Made by a program: the position numbers and the translations under genes | Origin: an uncultured Lentimicrobiaceae bacterium | GTDB taxonomy: Bacteria > Bacteroidota > Bacteroidia > Bacteroidales > UBA4417 | Length of the DNA: 64,000 nucleotides | Assembly (NCBI GenBank): GCA_964583325.1 | Contig: CAZOXJ010000001.1 | Coordinates: 28,054 to 92,053, forward strand | Direction of reading: 5' to 3' | The notes under the pieces: model-generated | Told to the model about the DNA's origin: nothing | What the model saw: only the letters and a program-made list of their open reading frames with translations | Database searches by the model: none | Part shown: one piece after another, positions 20,356 through 29,214 of the stretch | Layout of the letters: each line of letters opens with the position of its first letter | How positions within the stretch are numbered: position 1 is the stretch's first letter

Positions 20356-20373
20356 ATAAAGTACGTACTTTAT
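20356..20373. repeat. perfect 18-bp palindrome ATAAAGTAC|GTACTTTAT
   Basis: All 9 pairs checked. It lies 17-34 nt upstream of the wzm start codon (20337-20339). Confidence 0.85.
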
Positions 20374-20483
20374 ATGATGTTTGTATTGGAAAAAATTCAA
20401 TGCTAAAATGGTTTTCATTCACCAGATCAACTGCTTTGCAGCATTATGAATTTTAAAATTGTTACTCCTGTTTTTTTTTGAAT

Positions 20484-20518
20484 CGAGATGTTGAAAGAAA
20501 TATTTCTTTCATATCTCG
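20484..20518. repeat. extended hairpin: perfect 20-bp palindrome TGAAAGAAAT|ATTTCTTTCA (20492-20511) plus outer CGAGAT/ATCTCG arms
   Basis: Checked base by base. It contains the stop codon (20509-20511) of the epimerase gene. The outer 6-bp arms are at 20484-20489 and 20513-20518, with a 2-nt/1-nt internal bulge. Confidence 0.85.
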
Positions 20519-21648
20519 TTAATTCCATTCCACGGATTACTTAGTTTGCAATTTCCCATAATTAATTTAACAACCCGCCATGAAGTATCATCAATCTGGT
20601 AGTCATTTGGGATACTGAATGTTTGCCTTTCTTTGCGTTCGTTTATAACAAGGGATACCGAATTTATTATTATTGCAGGATCAAAACCTGTAAGAATAAT
20701 CGAACCAGTATCCTGTGCTTCAGGACGTTCCATTGATTGGCGTAATGAAATTGCAGGAAAGCCTAAAATTGATGATTCTTCACTAATAGTACCGCTGTCT
20801 GATATGGTGCATAATGCGTTTTGTTGCAGATACACATAATCAAAAAACCCGAATGGCTTTAAAAACATAATTTTATTATCGAGGCTTCTTTCGCCAAGTT
20901 GTTCAATTCGTTTTCTGGTTCGTGGGTGTGTACTAACAATAATTGGCAAATTGTAGTTTTTAGCAAGTTCGTTGAGCACAATCAATATTTTGTCGAGGTT
21001 AGGAGCATTATCTACGTTTTCTTCCCTGTGGGTTGAAACAACAAAATATTTTCCTTTTGTTAATTGCAAAGAATTCAAAATTTCTGAATTATCAATATTG
21101 GCTTTATAAAAGCTCAACACCTCACGCATTGGAGAACCTGTTAGGTAAATCCTTCGATGCGGCAATCCCTCGCTTAAAAGATGGCGTCGGGCATGTTCAG
21201 TATAAACCAGATTAAAATCAGCTATGTGATCAATAACCCTGCGGTTTGTTTCTTCAGGTACGTTGAAATCAAAACTCCTGTTTCCTGCTTCCATATGAAA
21301 TACAGGAATATGCAAGCGTTTTGCCATATATGCCGACAAGCATGAATTTGTATCGCCGAGCACCAATAGTCCATCTGGATTTTCATCTCTGAGTACTTTT
21401 TCGATCTTGCGCAATATGTCACCCACAGCTGAACCTAAGGATGTTGTATCAATTTCAAGAAAATGATCGGGCCTTCTTAATTGGAGCTCTTTCCAAAATA
21501 CTTCGTTCAATTCATAATCATAATTCTGACCTGTATGAACTATTATCTGATCAACATACTTATCAAGCAGTGCCATGGTCCTGGATAATCTTATAATCTC
21601 AGGCCTGGTGCCAACTACGGTAATAATTTTTAATTTTTTTTGAGTCAT
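20509..21648 (-). CDS. fnlC: UDP-N-acetylglucosamine 2-epimerase (non-hydrolysing), FnlC/CapG/WbjD type
   Basis: 379 aa with KIITVVGTRPEIIRLS, HTGQNYD, VVSTHREENVD and STHPRT. It is the third gene of a CapE/F/G-like trio. Confidence 0.85.
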   Translation of the reverse strand: MTQKKLKIITVVGTRPEIIRLSRTMALLDKYVDQIIVHTGQNYDYELNEVFWKELQLRRPDHFLEIDTTSLGSAVGDILRKIEKVLRDENPDGLLVLGDTNSCLSAYMAKRLHIPVFHMEAGNRSFDFNVPEETNRRVIDHIADFNLVYTEHARRHLLSEGLPHRRIYLTGSPMREVLSFYKANIDNSEILNSLQLTKGKYFVVSTHREENVDNAPNLDKILIVLNELAKNYNLPIIVSTHPRTRKRIEQLGERSLDNKIMFLKPFGFFDYVYLQQNALCTISDSGTISEESSILGFPAISLRQSMERPEAQDTGSIILTGFDPAIIINSVSLVINERKERQTFSIPNDYQIDDTSWRVVKLIMGNCKLSNPWNGINEI

Positions 21649-21741
21649 ATAATTTTCAAGGACTTGATTACTAAAGTAATGTTTGAGGTTTTCAGAATAT
21701 ATTCAAGACATTTACCAATGAAATATCAAAATAGTAACGAT

Positions 21742-22863
21742 TTACAATCTCACCTTTTCGAAATAAGTATCCGGATCAGTTGGATCAAAAAATTCGTTTA
21801 TCCAGAAGAGTGTCAACAAATCGGTAGTTCCAACGTTTTTAATATTATGTGTGTACCAAACTGGCATATCAACAAAAGAAGGTTTATCGCCATCAAGTTC
21901 AAAATGTAATACTTCATCAGTTCCGATTCTCCGAAGTTCAATTTCAGCTTTTCCTTGAATTACAGCAAATCGTTCAATTTTTCGTGTATGAAAATGCTCA
22001 CCACGGGTTATTCCGGGATGAGTTGTTGAGAACGAAAATTGACCGCCAATCGAGGTTTTAACTGTTTCCACAAAGCTTCCACGATTATCGGTATGCTTAG
22101 TGAGTGAAACAGCGTAATGGTCTAAATTGTTAATGTATGATCTGAATGTATTAAAGATATTTAATTCGAATTTGCTTTTTATTTCGGGTACTATTGAATT
22201 TTCGAAATAGTTTTTTTTGTACCCTTCAAGCAATGATAAAACTTCTGATACCTTTATTTCTGCTGTGTAGGGCACAATAAATTCAGGTTCAGCTTTTTGA
22301 TTAATGATAATATTCCATATTACATCAATCAACTCGCTAACATAAATAAGCCTCATGTTGCTGTCAACATCAATTTTAGGTTGCTCATTATGCGTAAGCT
22401 GGTGAGAAAATGTAGCAATGACAGAATTGTAATATGGATTACCAAAAGGGCCGAAAACATTAGGAATAACCAAGCCTGTAAACAGTGCGTTATGCTTTTT
22501 AGCCCAAGTAGCAAACAATACGCGACCTTCTTTTTTTGAAAGTCCATATTTATTATCACGTTCTTCCTGGGTAGATGATGAAAAAATTATATGGGGAGTT
22601 ACTCCCTCATTTTCCATTGCATTAATCAGTTTTTGTACTAATAAAATATTCGTTTGGTACAATACATCAGGATCGTTATGACGGTTCATCGCAGCAAGGT
22701 GAACAATCACATCACATTGATGCACAAAACTTTGCAATTGTTGCTGATCCTGAAAATAAGTATCTTCAAAATATACACGCTCAACATTTTCTTTTAAGCC
22801 AATTGTATTGTAAAGATGTGTGCCTACAAACCCAGCCTGACCGGTTATGCCTATTTTTAACAT
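21742..22863 (-). CDS. fnlB: SDR-plus-cupin reductase/epimerase, FnlB/CapF/WbjC type
   Basis: 373 aa with an N-terminal Rossmann motif (GITGQAGFVGTHL) and a C-terminal cupin-like region (RGEHFHTRKIERFAVIQGKAEIELR). Confidence 0.8.
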   Translation of the reverse strand: MLKIGITGQAGFVGTHLYNTIGLKENVERVYFEDTYFQDQQQLQSFVHQCDVIVHLAAMNRHNDPDVLYQTNILLVQKLINAMENEGVTPHIIFSSSTQEERDNKYGLSKKEGRVLFATWAKKHNALFTGLVIPNVFGPFGNPYYNSVIATFSHQLTHNEQPKIDVDSNMRLIYVSELIDVIWNIIINQKAEPEFIVPYTAEIKVSEVLSLLEGYKKNYFENSIVPEIKSKFELNIFNTFRSYINNLDHYAVSLTKHTDNRGSFVETVKTSIGGQFSFSTTHPGITRGEHFHTRKIERFAVIQGKAEIELRRIGTDEVLHFELDGDKPSFVDMPVWYTHNIKNVGTTDLLTLFWINEFFDPTDPDTYFEKVRL

Positions 22864-22913
22864 TATTTTCTAAAAGTAAAACTGATTCCTGATTTTTTTC
22901 AAATTTTATTTAC

Positions 22914-23921
22914 TTATAATCCCAGATCTTTTTTGATAATATCCAGTTTAAGTAAAAGATTTTTAGTTCCTTCAACATCAAGGCGTTCTGTATTGTCTGA
23001 ATGATATTCTTCTATCTGTGATACATCCTCCCCTTCCGAAAAATAAAGTTCATAATTCAGGTCACGGTTATCAGCCGGGATGCGATAAAAATCACCCATA
23101 TCCTCAGCTTTAAGCATATCTTCTCTATTAACAAGGACTTCATATTTCTTTTCGCCATGCCGTGTCCCGATTATTTTAATTTGGCTATCCGACTTATAAA
23201 GTTCTTTAAGTGCCTCTGCTAAAGTTAGTATTGTAGCTGCCGGAGCTTTCTGAACAAAAATATCACCTGCTTTACCATTGGCAAACGCGAAAAGTACAAG
23301 TTCAACGGCATCTTCCAATGTCATCATAAACCGGGTCATACTAGGATCCGTGATCGTTAATGGCTCACCTCGTTTTATCTGGTCAATGAACAAAGGAATA
23401 ACTGAACCTCTCGAAGCCATTACATTTCCATAACGGGTTCCGCAAAATACTGGACCGTTACCATTCAAACTGCGGCTTTTCGCTACCATAACTTTTTCGC
23501 TCAAAGCTTTTGACATACCCATGGCATTTATGGGATAAACAGCTTTATCAGTGCTTAAAACAATAACATTTTTAACACCATGTTCCAATGCGCTATCTAA
23601 AACATTTTCACAGCCCAGAACATTCGTTCTGACTGCCTCCATTGGGAAAAACTCACAAGATGGGACTTGTTTTAATGCAGCTGCCTGAAAAACATAATCA
23701 ACGCCGTACATGGCAGAATCAATACTCCTCTTATCCCTGGTATCGCCGATATAATATTTAATTTTATCATTTCGATAAAATTGACGCATATCATCTTGTT
23801 TCTTCTCGTCGCGGCTAAATATCCTTATTTCTTTAATATCAGAGTTTAAAAACCGTTTTAGTACAGCATTACCAAAAGATCCGGTTCCTCCGGTAATTAA
23901 TAATATTTTGTTTTCGAGCAT
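22914..23921 (-). CDS. fnlA: UDP-GlcNAc 4,6-dehydratase/5-epimerase, FnlA/CapE/WbjB type
   Basis: 335 aa with LITGGTGSFGN, STDKAV and NAMGMSKAL (Met in place of the SDR Tyr, a CapE/FnlA hallmark). Confidence 0.88.
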   Translation of the reverse strand: MLENKILLITGGTGSFGNAVLKRFLNSDIKEIRIFSRDEKKQDDMRQFYRNDKIKYYIGDTRDKRSIDSAMYGVDYVFQAAALKQVPSCEFFPMEAVRTNVLGCENVLDSALEHGVKNVIVLSTDKAVYPINAMGMSKALSEKVMVAKSRSLNGNGPVFCGTRYGNVMASRGSVIPLFIDQIKRGEPLTITDPSMTRFMMTLEDAVELVLFAFANGKAGDIFVQKAPAATILTLAEALKELYKSDSQIKIIGTRHGEKKYEVLVNREDMLKAEDMGDFYRIPADNRDLNYELYFSEGEDVSQIEEYHSDNTERLDVEGTKNLLLKLDIIKKDLGL

Positions 23922-23974
23922 GATTTGAAGTTTTAGAGAATCTTTAGTACAGTATAAGTTCCTGAATCTGAGTA

Positions 23975-26338
23975 TTATTTATTTTTCTTGTTGTAACCAT
24001 AACCATATCCGTATTGATCACTTTTAATGCGGTTGTCATTTAAAACAAGACTAACATTATCAATATTTTTATGCTTCAGGTCTTTTAAAACCATAGAAAG
24101 AACTTTTTTCTTCGAATAGTTATATCTTACTATCAGTAACTTTAAATCAGAAGTCTCCATCAACAAAAATCCATCAGTTACCTGTGCTAATGGAGGAGTA
24201 TCTATTATAATATAATCATATCTATCCTTTAGCTCAAGAATCATCTTTCTCGTTTCCTCCAATGCTAACAATTCAGCAGGATTAGGAGGAATAGGCCCTG
24301 AATTGATATAATCCAGTTTACTATCAGGTGATTTTAGAATAATTTCCGATAAACTGACTTTATTAATAAGAAATGAACTTAAACCGACCGAAGTTTCAGT
24401 TTGTTTTTCGAAATAAGAAGCATGCTTTCGTAAATCGAAATTCATAAGAATTGTCTTTTTCCCCAACTGAGCATAACTCATGGCAATATTTAAAGCATTA
24501 AATGATTTACCTTCACCTGTGAGGCACGAAGTTACCATGATAACTTTATGACTAGCTCCCTTCATTGAAAAGTCAAGATTAGTACGAAGAACCCTGTAAG
24601 ATTCAGCAATAGGAGATTTGGGATATTCGAAAACTACATTATCAGTTTTTTTATAGTTATGCAGTATTTTACCAAGAACAGGAATATTAGTTATGCGTTC
24701 AACACTTTCTTGCGATTCAATTTTATTATTTAGAGCTTTACGGGCAATAAGATATGAAAAAGGTAATCCTATTCCCAAAAGCAAAGCCATTATGTAGTTT
24801 TTTTGAGTATTAGGCGAAACGGGACTTCCTCCAACCTGGGCCGCTGGTTCTATTATTATATCATCAGGCAAATTTGATGCTTTTGTTATCTTAGCTTCCG
24901 CCCGCTTTTCGAGCAAATAATTATAAATTGCATCATTCAGCCGGTATTTCCTTTCAAAACCACCAAGCTGTTGCTCTGTTTTGGGCATCCGACTGATCTG
25001 TCCTTCAATTTTCGAAATTCGCTTATTCATCTCATCAATCGAAATATCCGTAGTTTGCCTTACTGATGAAATATTATCAGAAATAGTTTTCTTGATATTG
25101 TCAATCCTAATATTAAGTTTACCAACTAAAGGATTCTTTTCCTGTTTGTTATCTATCAGGTTTGACCGCTGTGATTGCGCAGCAATGAGTTCTGTCATCA
25201 GGCTGGTTAAAATCTGATCAGGAATCCCCATAGAAGCAGGGACTATCATATTCGAGAAATCATCATTTTTTTCCAGATATTCTGCTACATAATCATAGTA
25301 TCGTTTTCTTGTAATCAATTCAGCTCTTTGGTTTTGCAGTTCAATATATTGAGCCGATATTCCCGTTGATTGCTCGGCAACATTCAAAATCTGGTTTGCC
25401 GACCTGAATTGCTGAAGGTTGTTTTCAGTCATGCTAAGCGAATCAGAAATTTCCCCTAATTGTTTTTCAATATAGTCAATCGTTATACTGGCAATGTGGT
25501 TTTTCCTTTCAAGATTTTGAGTTGAATACACTTTCATCAATTCGTTAACTACATCTTTACCTTTTGACACAGACTCTGTTAAAAAGGATATTTCAACCAC
25601 TGTTGCTTTGGGATCAATAACATCAAAGCTGAATCTACCTTTGAATGAGCGGGCAATTGAGTTTTGATCCTTAAACTCAAAGCTATATACCGAAGCCTCT
25701 TCATCTGTAATTTTCCTGTTACTATCAATAGCAATAATGAAAGCCAAATCTGGAGTTTCAATCAGTTTTCCTGTAGTACCAAGAGTTCTAAAGGACCAGT
25801 TATCTTTTTGATATTTGTATTCTTCAGTACTAAAATCATAAAAACTTGCTTTTTCTGATTCTGCCTTAATTTCAAAGTTGCCTGAATTGTTAAAAGCGAT
25901 CTCAAATCTCACATTGAGTGGCTGAACGTGGTTAGGGGAGAATAAAACCCTGAAGGGAGCACTTTTATACGCATCTATATGCTTGAAATCAACTTGCCGA
26001 AAGTAACTTACGGATAAATTAATATTTTTTACTGTCTTTTCTATTACGGGCAAAGATTGTAGTACCCATAATTCGTTTTGAAAATTTTGATTGTCGCCGA
26101 ACAGACTGCTATTCAGATAATCGTTCATTGAACTGGTATTACCTCCCTCTTTGTTTTCCTTTATTAGAACCGATGAAGAAACCCTATAAATTGGAATAGA
26201 ATTAAAGTTTTTTACAAATGCGAATATTAAAGCAACGGCTATGCAGAAAATAAAAAGCTTATAGTTTCTTAAAACAAGTTCCGTGGCCTTTTTCAGGTCA
26301 TTATCGTCCTGTAGATTGATGTTATTTATTTGAGACAT
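23975..26338 (-). CDS. wzc: polysaccharide co-polymerase / tyrosine autokinase (Wzc, PCP-2a type)
   Basis: 787 aa with an N-terminal TM, a long coiled periplasmic region and a second TM (YIMALLLGIGLPFSYLI). It also has a P-loop domain (VTSCLTGEGKSFNALN, YIIIDTPP) and a Tyr-rich tail SDQYGYGYGYNKKNK. Confidence 0.9.
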   Translation of the reverse strand: MSQINNINLQDDNDLKKATELVLRNYKLFIFCIAVALIFAFVKNFNSIPIYRVSSSVLIKENKEGGNTSSMNDYLNSSLFGDNQNFQNELWVLQSLPVIEKTVKNINLSVSYFRQVDFKHIDAYKSAPFRVLFSPNHVQPLNVRFEIAFNNSGNFEIKAESEKASFYDFSTEEYKYQKDNWSFRTLGTTGKLIETPDLAFIIAIDSNRKITDEEASVYSFEFKDQNSIARSFKGRFSFDVIDPKATVVEISFLTESVSKGKDVVNELMKVYSTQNLERKNHIASITIDYIEKQLGEISDSLSMTENNLQQFRSANQILNVAEQSTGISAQYIELQNQRAELITRKRYYDYVAEYLEKNDDFSNMIVPASMGIPDQILTSLMTELIAAQSQRSNLIDNKQEKNPLVGKLNIRIDNIKKTISDNISSVRQTTDISIDEMNKRISKIEGQISRMPKTEQQLGGFERKYRLNDAIYNYLLEKRAEAKITKASNLPDDIIIEPAAQVGGSPVSPNTQKNYIMALLLGIGLPFSYLIARKALNNKIESQESVERITNIPVLGKILHNYKKTDNVVFEYPKSPIAESYRVLRTNLDFSMKGASHKVIMVTSCLTGEGKSFNALNIAMSYAQLGKKTILMNFDLRKHASYFEKQTETSVGLSSFLINKVSLSEIILKSPDSKLDYINSGPIPPNPAELLALEETRKMILELKDRYDYIIIDTPPLAQVTDGFLLMETSDLKLLIVRYNYSKKKVLSMVLKDLKHKNIDNVSLVLNDNRIKSDQYGYGYGYNKKNK

Positions 26339-26357
26339 AGTCTATTCTTTTAAAGAA

Positions 26358-27170
26358 TTAGTTTATATAAGAATATAATAAAAGGGTAAAGGTAAGTGTG
26401 GATAAAATAAGAGCAAAAGGGAACTCCGGAGTTCCCCATACGCGCTTTTCAAGTGGTTTAACGTAAATAATATCATTAGGCCTGATGTAATAATATTCAG
26501 ATTCAAGTATTTCTGGTTTTGTTAAATCTAACGAAACAAGTATATTTTTCCCATTTTCATTTCTGGTTAAAATAACGTCTTTCCTGTTACTATATTTTAC
26601 CATATCTCCAGCCAAACCTAATGCATCAAAAATTGTAAGTTTTTCCTGCGAATAGGTAAAATGGCCGGGTATCCTAACCTCACCCAGGACTGAAACAAAA
26701 CGATTAACAAGCTTAATGGTAACAATAGGTTGGCTTAATATATGGCTTAAGGAGTCAGTGAGTATAAGATTTACCTCTGATAGCGTTTTATCTTTCGCGT
26801 AAATATCTCCAACTAATGGCAGCGAAAGATATCCTTCCTTATTAATTACATATGAGGTTAATGATGCGCTGTAAGGGGATAAATTGTCAGCATAGGCACT
26901 TTGCCTTCCGGTAGCAGTTGAAAAAACATTTGTCAAAGGATCATCCAGACTATTGACTCTAACATAAAGTTCATCGTTAGGTTTTAAACGATAATCAAGA
27001 AATTCCGATTCTTTAAATGATTTCGGTGTCCGATTATTTTTTTGAAGATATTCAATATCACGTTTAGTAACGCATCCTGAAAACAGGAATAAAAGTAAAC
27101 CTAACAATAAGGCATAACTTTTTAGGGGTATCGATTGCATCTTAATTAATTTAATTGAATTTAATTCCAT
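26358..27170 (-). CDS. wza: polysaccharide export outer-membrane lipoprotein (Wza/OPX type)
   Basis: 270 aa with a lipobox (LLFLFSGC), the Poly_export motif YRLKPNDELYVRV and an SLBB-like region. The true start is probably the ATG at 27140 (MQSIPLKSY...). Confidence 0.85.
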   Translation of the reverse strand: MELNSIKLIKMQSIPLKSYALLLGLLLFLFSGCVTKRDIEYLQKNNRTPKSFKESEFLDYRLKPNDELYVRVNSLDDPLTNVFSTATGRQSAYADNLSPYSASLTSYVINKEGYLSLPLVGDIYAKDKTLSEVNLILTDSLSHILSQPIVTIKLVNRFVSVLGEVRIPGHFTYSQEKLTIFDALGLAGDMVKYSNRKDVILTRNENGKNILVSLDLTKPEILESEYYYIRPNDIIYVKPLEKRVWGTPEFPFALILSTLTFTLLLYSYIN

Positions 27171-28105
27171 TTGTTAAATCTACCTTATTCAAAGCATTTT
27201 GTTCTTGAACTGAAAAGTTATTCAATACTAAATTAGTTGAAATTTGTAAAACTATTAATGTCAATATAATAATAATAATAGCAACTAAAACATATGCAGT
27301 TAATAATAGAATATACCCAACTCAAAAACTATAAACATTCTATTAAAACTTCTATGTATTACTTATAGCTTCGCCCCATCAGTCACAAAATGTGTGTTAC
27401 TGATTATGGTAATATGCACGGTTTACTAAATAATTAATAATGAATAAAGCAATATGTAACTCCGTATTATAAAATTTGAATGAAAAAAAATTGAATATTA
27501 GGTTTTGACCATAATTATCAAAAACAATATTTCAACGTTTAAACCTTTAAGTAAAGACACTTATTCATATTTTGTATCAGTAAGACTTGTTACTATCAGA
27601 AAATGTTCAATGGTTTAGTACTTATAATAAACTTCAATTAACAATCCAGTTTCATCAATGGATAGACGAACAGGAAAACGCAATTTTAATGTTTTTGTTT
27701 GTTCAGGAGCTCAAACACTTTACATAAATAGGTTTTCAAGTAAATCTGCCAAAAAATATGGGTGAATTATTTTATGTTTAGAATTCAGCATAAAGTATGC
27801 TATATTTGTATTATTTGAATCCTCAAAACAAGAAATGTACCATAATCTGTAATTGTATGTTTAACAACATCATGAAAGCGCATAAAAGCTAAGGATGTTT
27901 ATTATTTTGGAACGACTGTCCTGTTTTAGAGTACTTCGTGATATTTTTCCAATATTTTACTTATTGTTCCAAAACAGGCCTATTTTTCAAAATAGACACA
28001 ATATTACAAAATACTAAGTATCATTTCTAAAAGATTCGTTAAAAAATAAATCCATCATAATTAGTTTATATTTCCTTAACGTAGCTTTTTTTTATTCTCC
28101 ATCCC

Positions 28106-28771
28106 TCACTTTCCCCCAAAAATTCCTGAACCAATCCTAACCATTGTACTCCCCTCTTCTATTGCAATAAGATAATCATCGCTCATTCCCATTGAAATTT
28201 CACAAAAATCAGGCTGATGTAGAAAATTTCGTGTTTTGAGTGTACTAAAAAAACTAAATAATGATTGAAATTCTGATCTGATTTGATTCCTATCTGATGT
28301 ATAAGTTGCCATTCCCATTACTCCACAAAGCAAGATATTGGATAATCCCTGAAAAATCGGATCGTCAAGCATTTTAGTAACCTCGTCAAGTGAAAATCCA
28401 AACTTTGCTTCTTCCTTCGCAATATAAAACTGCAATAAACAAGGAATAATCCGATTGCATTTTGCAGCTTCTTTGTTTATTTCACATAACAGCCTGAAAC
28501 TATCAACACTATGAACCAGATCAACAAATGGAGCAATATATTTTATTTTATTTGTTTGTAAATGTCCAACATAGTGCCAATTTATTTCCTTGGACAATAC
28601 TTTGTATTTGGACTCAAGTTCCCGTGCTTTATTTTCACCAAATATGGCATGATTGGTTTTAAGATATAATTCTTCAATCATTGTTGCTGGTTTAGTTTTT
28701 GAAACAGCAACAATTTTAACATTTGACGGAACTTTTGTCCTGATTATATTAAATCGATCCTCGATATTCAT
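28106..28771 (-). CDS. yggS: YggS-family PLP-binding protein
   Basis: 221 aa with VAVSKTK (PLP lysine), HYVGHLQTNK and SMGMSDD. Confidence 0.9.
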   Translation of the reverse strand: MNIEDRFNIIRTKVPSNVKIVAVSKTKPATMIEELYLKTNHAIFGENKARELESKYKVLSKEINWHYVGHLQTNKIKYIAPFVDLVHSVDSFRLLCEINKEAAKCNRIIPCLLQFYIAKEEAKFGFSLDEVTKMLDDPIFQGLSNILLCGVMGMATYTSDRNQIRSEFQSLFSFFSTLKTRNFLHQPDFCEISMGMSDDYLIAIEEGSTMVRIGSGIFGGK

Positions 28772-28791
28772 AGCCTAAATTATTTGCTCTA

Positions 28792-28823
28792 CAAACCTAC
28801 AAGAATTCATTAAGCTATGCAAA
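28792..28823 (-). promoter_or_regulatory. Bacteroidota-type promoter for yggS (-7 TAGGTTTG, -33 TTTG)
   Basis: The plus strand reads CAAACCTA at 28792-28799, 21 nt upstream of the start codon. CAAA at 28820-28823 leaves a 20-nt spacer. This matches the published TTTG-N19-21-TAnnTTTG consensus. Confidence 0.6.
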
Positions 28824-29214
28824 ACTGGTATCATCTTTCACTTAAAGTTAATAGTATCTTAAATTAAGTGCGTGACGATGTTCATTACCTCCTATTACTC
28901 AAACTTAAACAAAAAAAAATAAAAAAAACACCTGAGTCTATTTCACTCAATTACTGATAGTTAAAATTCTTGTGAATATTATTTCTAAAATAAATCACTA
29001 TTTTTTAGAAAACACGTATTACCTATTGCGAAAAAATGGATTAATATGTGAATAGTAGTACATAAATGGGAGGGTTTTCGAAGAATTAATAAGCTAAAAT
29101 GATGCACAATACACATAAACTGCTTAACGTGAACAGATTACAATAATTCTTTTAATGACCGAAATTCAATCAATTTAGTTTTACTTGCCTTATTTAAAGT
29201 TAGAAACGCAATAA

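Noticed and set aside
27658-27765. 35-codon plus-strand ORF (MDRRTGKRNFNVFVCSGAQTLYINRFSSKSAKKYG) in the leader
   Set aside because: It has no promoter box or conservation evidence. It runs opposite to all neighbouring genes and is of a length expected by chance.
27801-27808. Perfect plus-strand TATATTTG -7 box inside the leader
   Set aside because: My rough base-frequency estimate gives about 0.7 chance occurrences per strand in 935 bp of this composition. There is no -33 element and no downstream plus-strand gene.
27171-28105. Invertible (phase-variable) promoter of the Bacteroides capsule type
   Set aside because: I found no pair of long inverted repeats (about 15 bp or more) bracketing a 150-300 bp segment, and no nearby recombinase gene. 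Only short or permuted complements are present.
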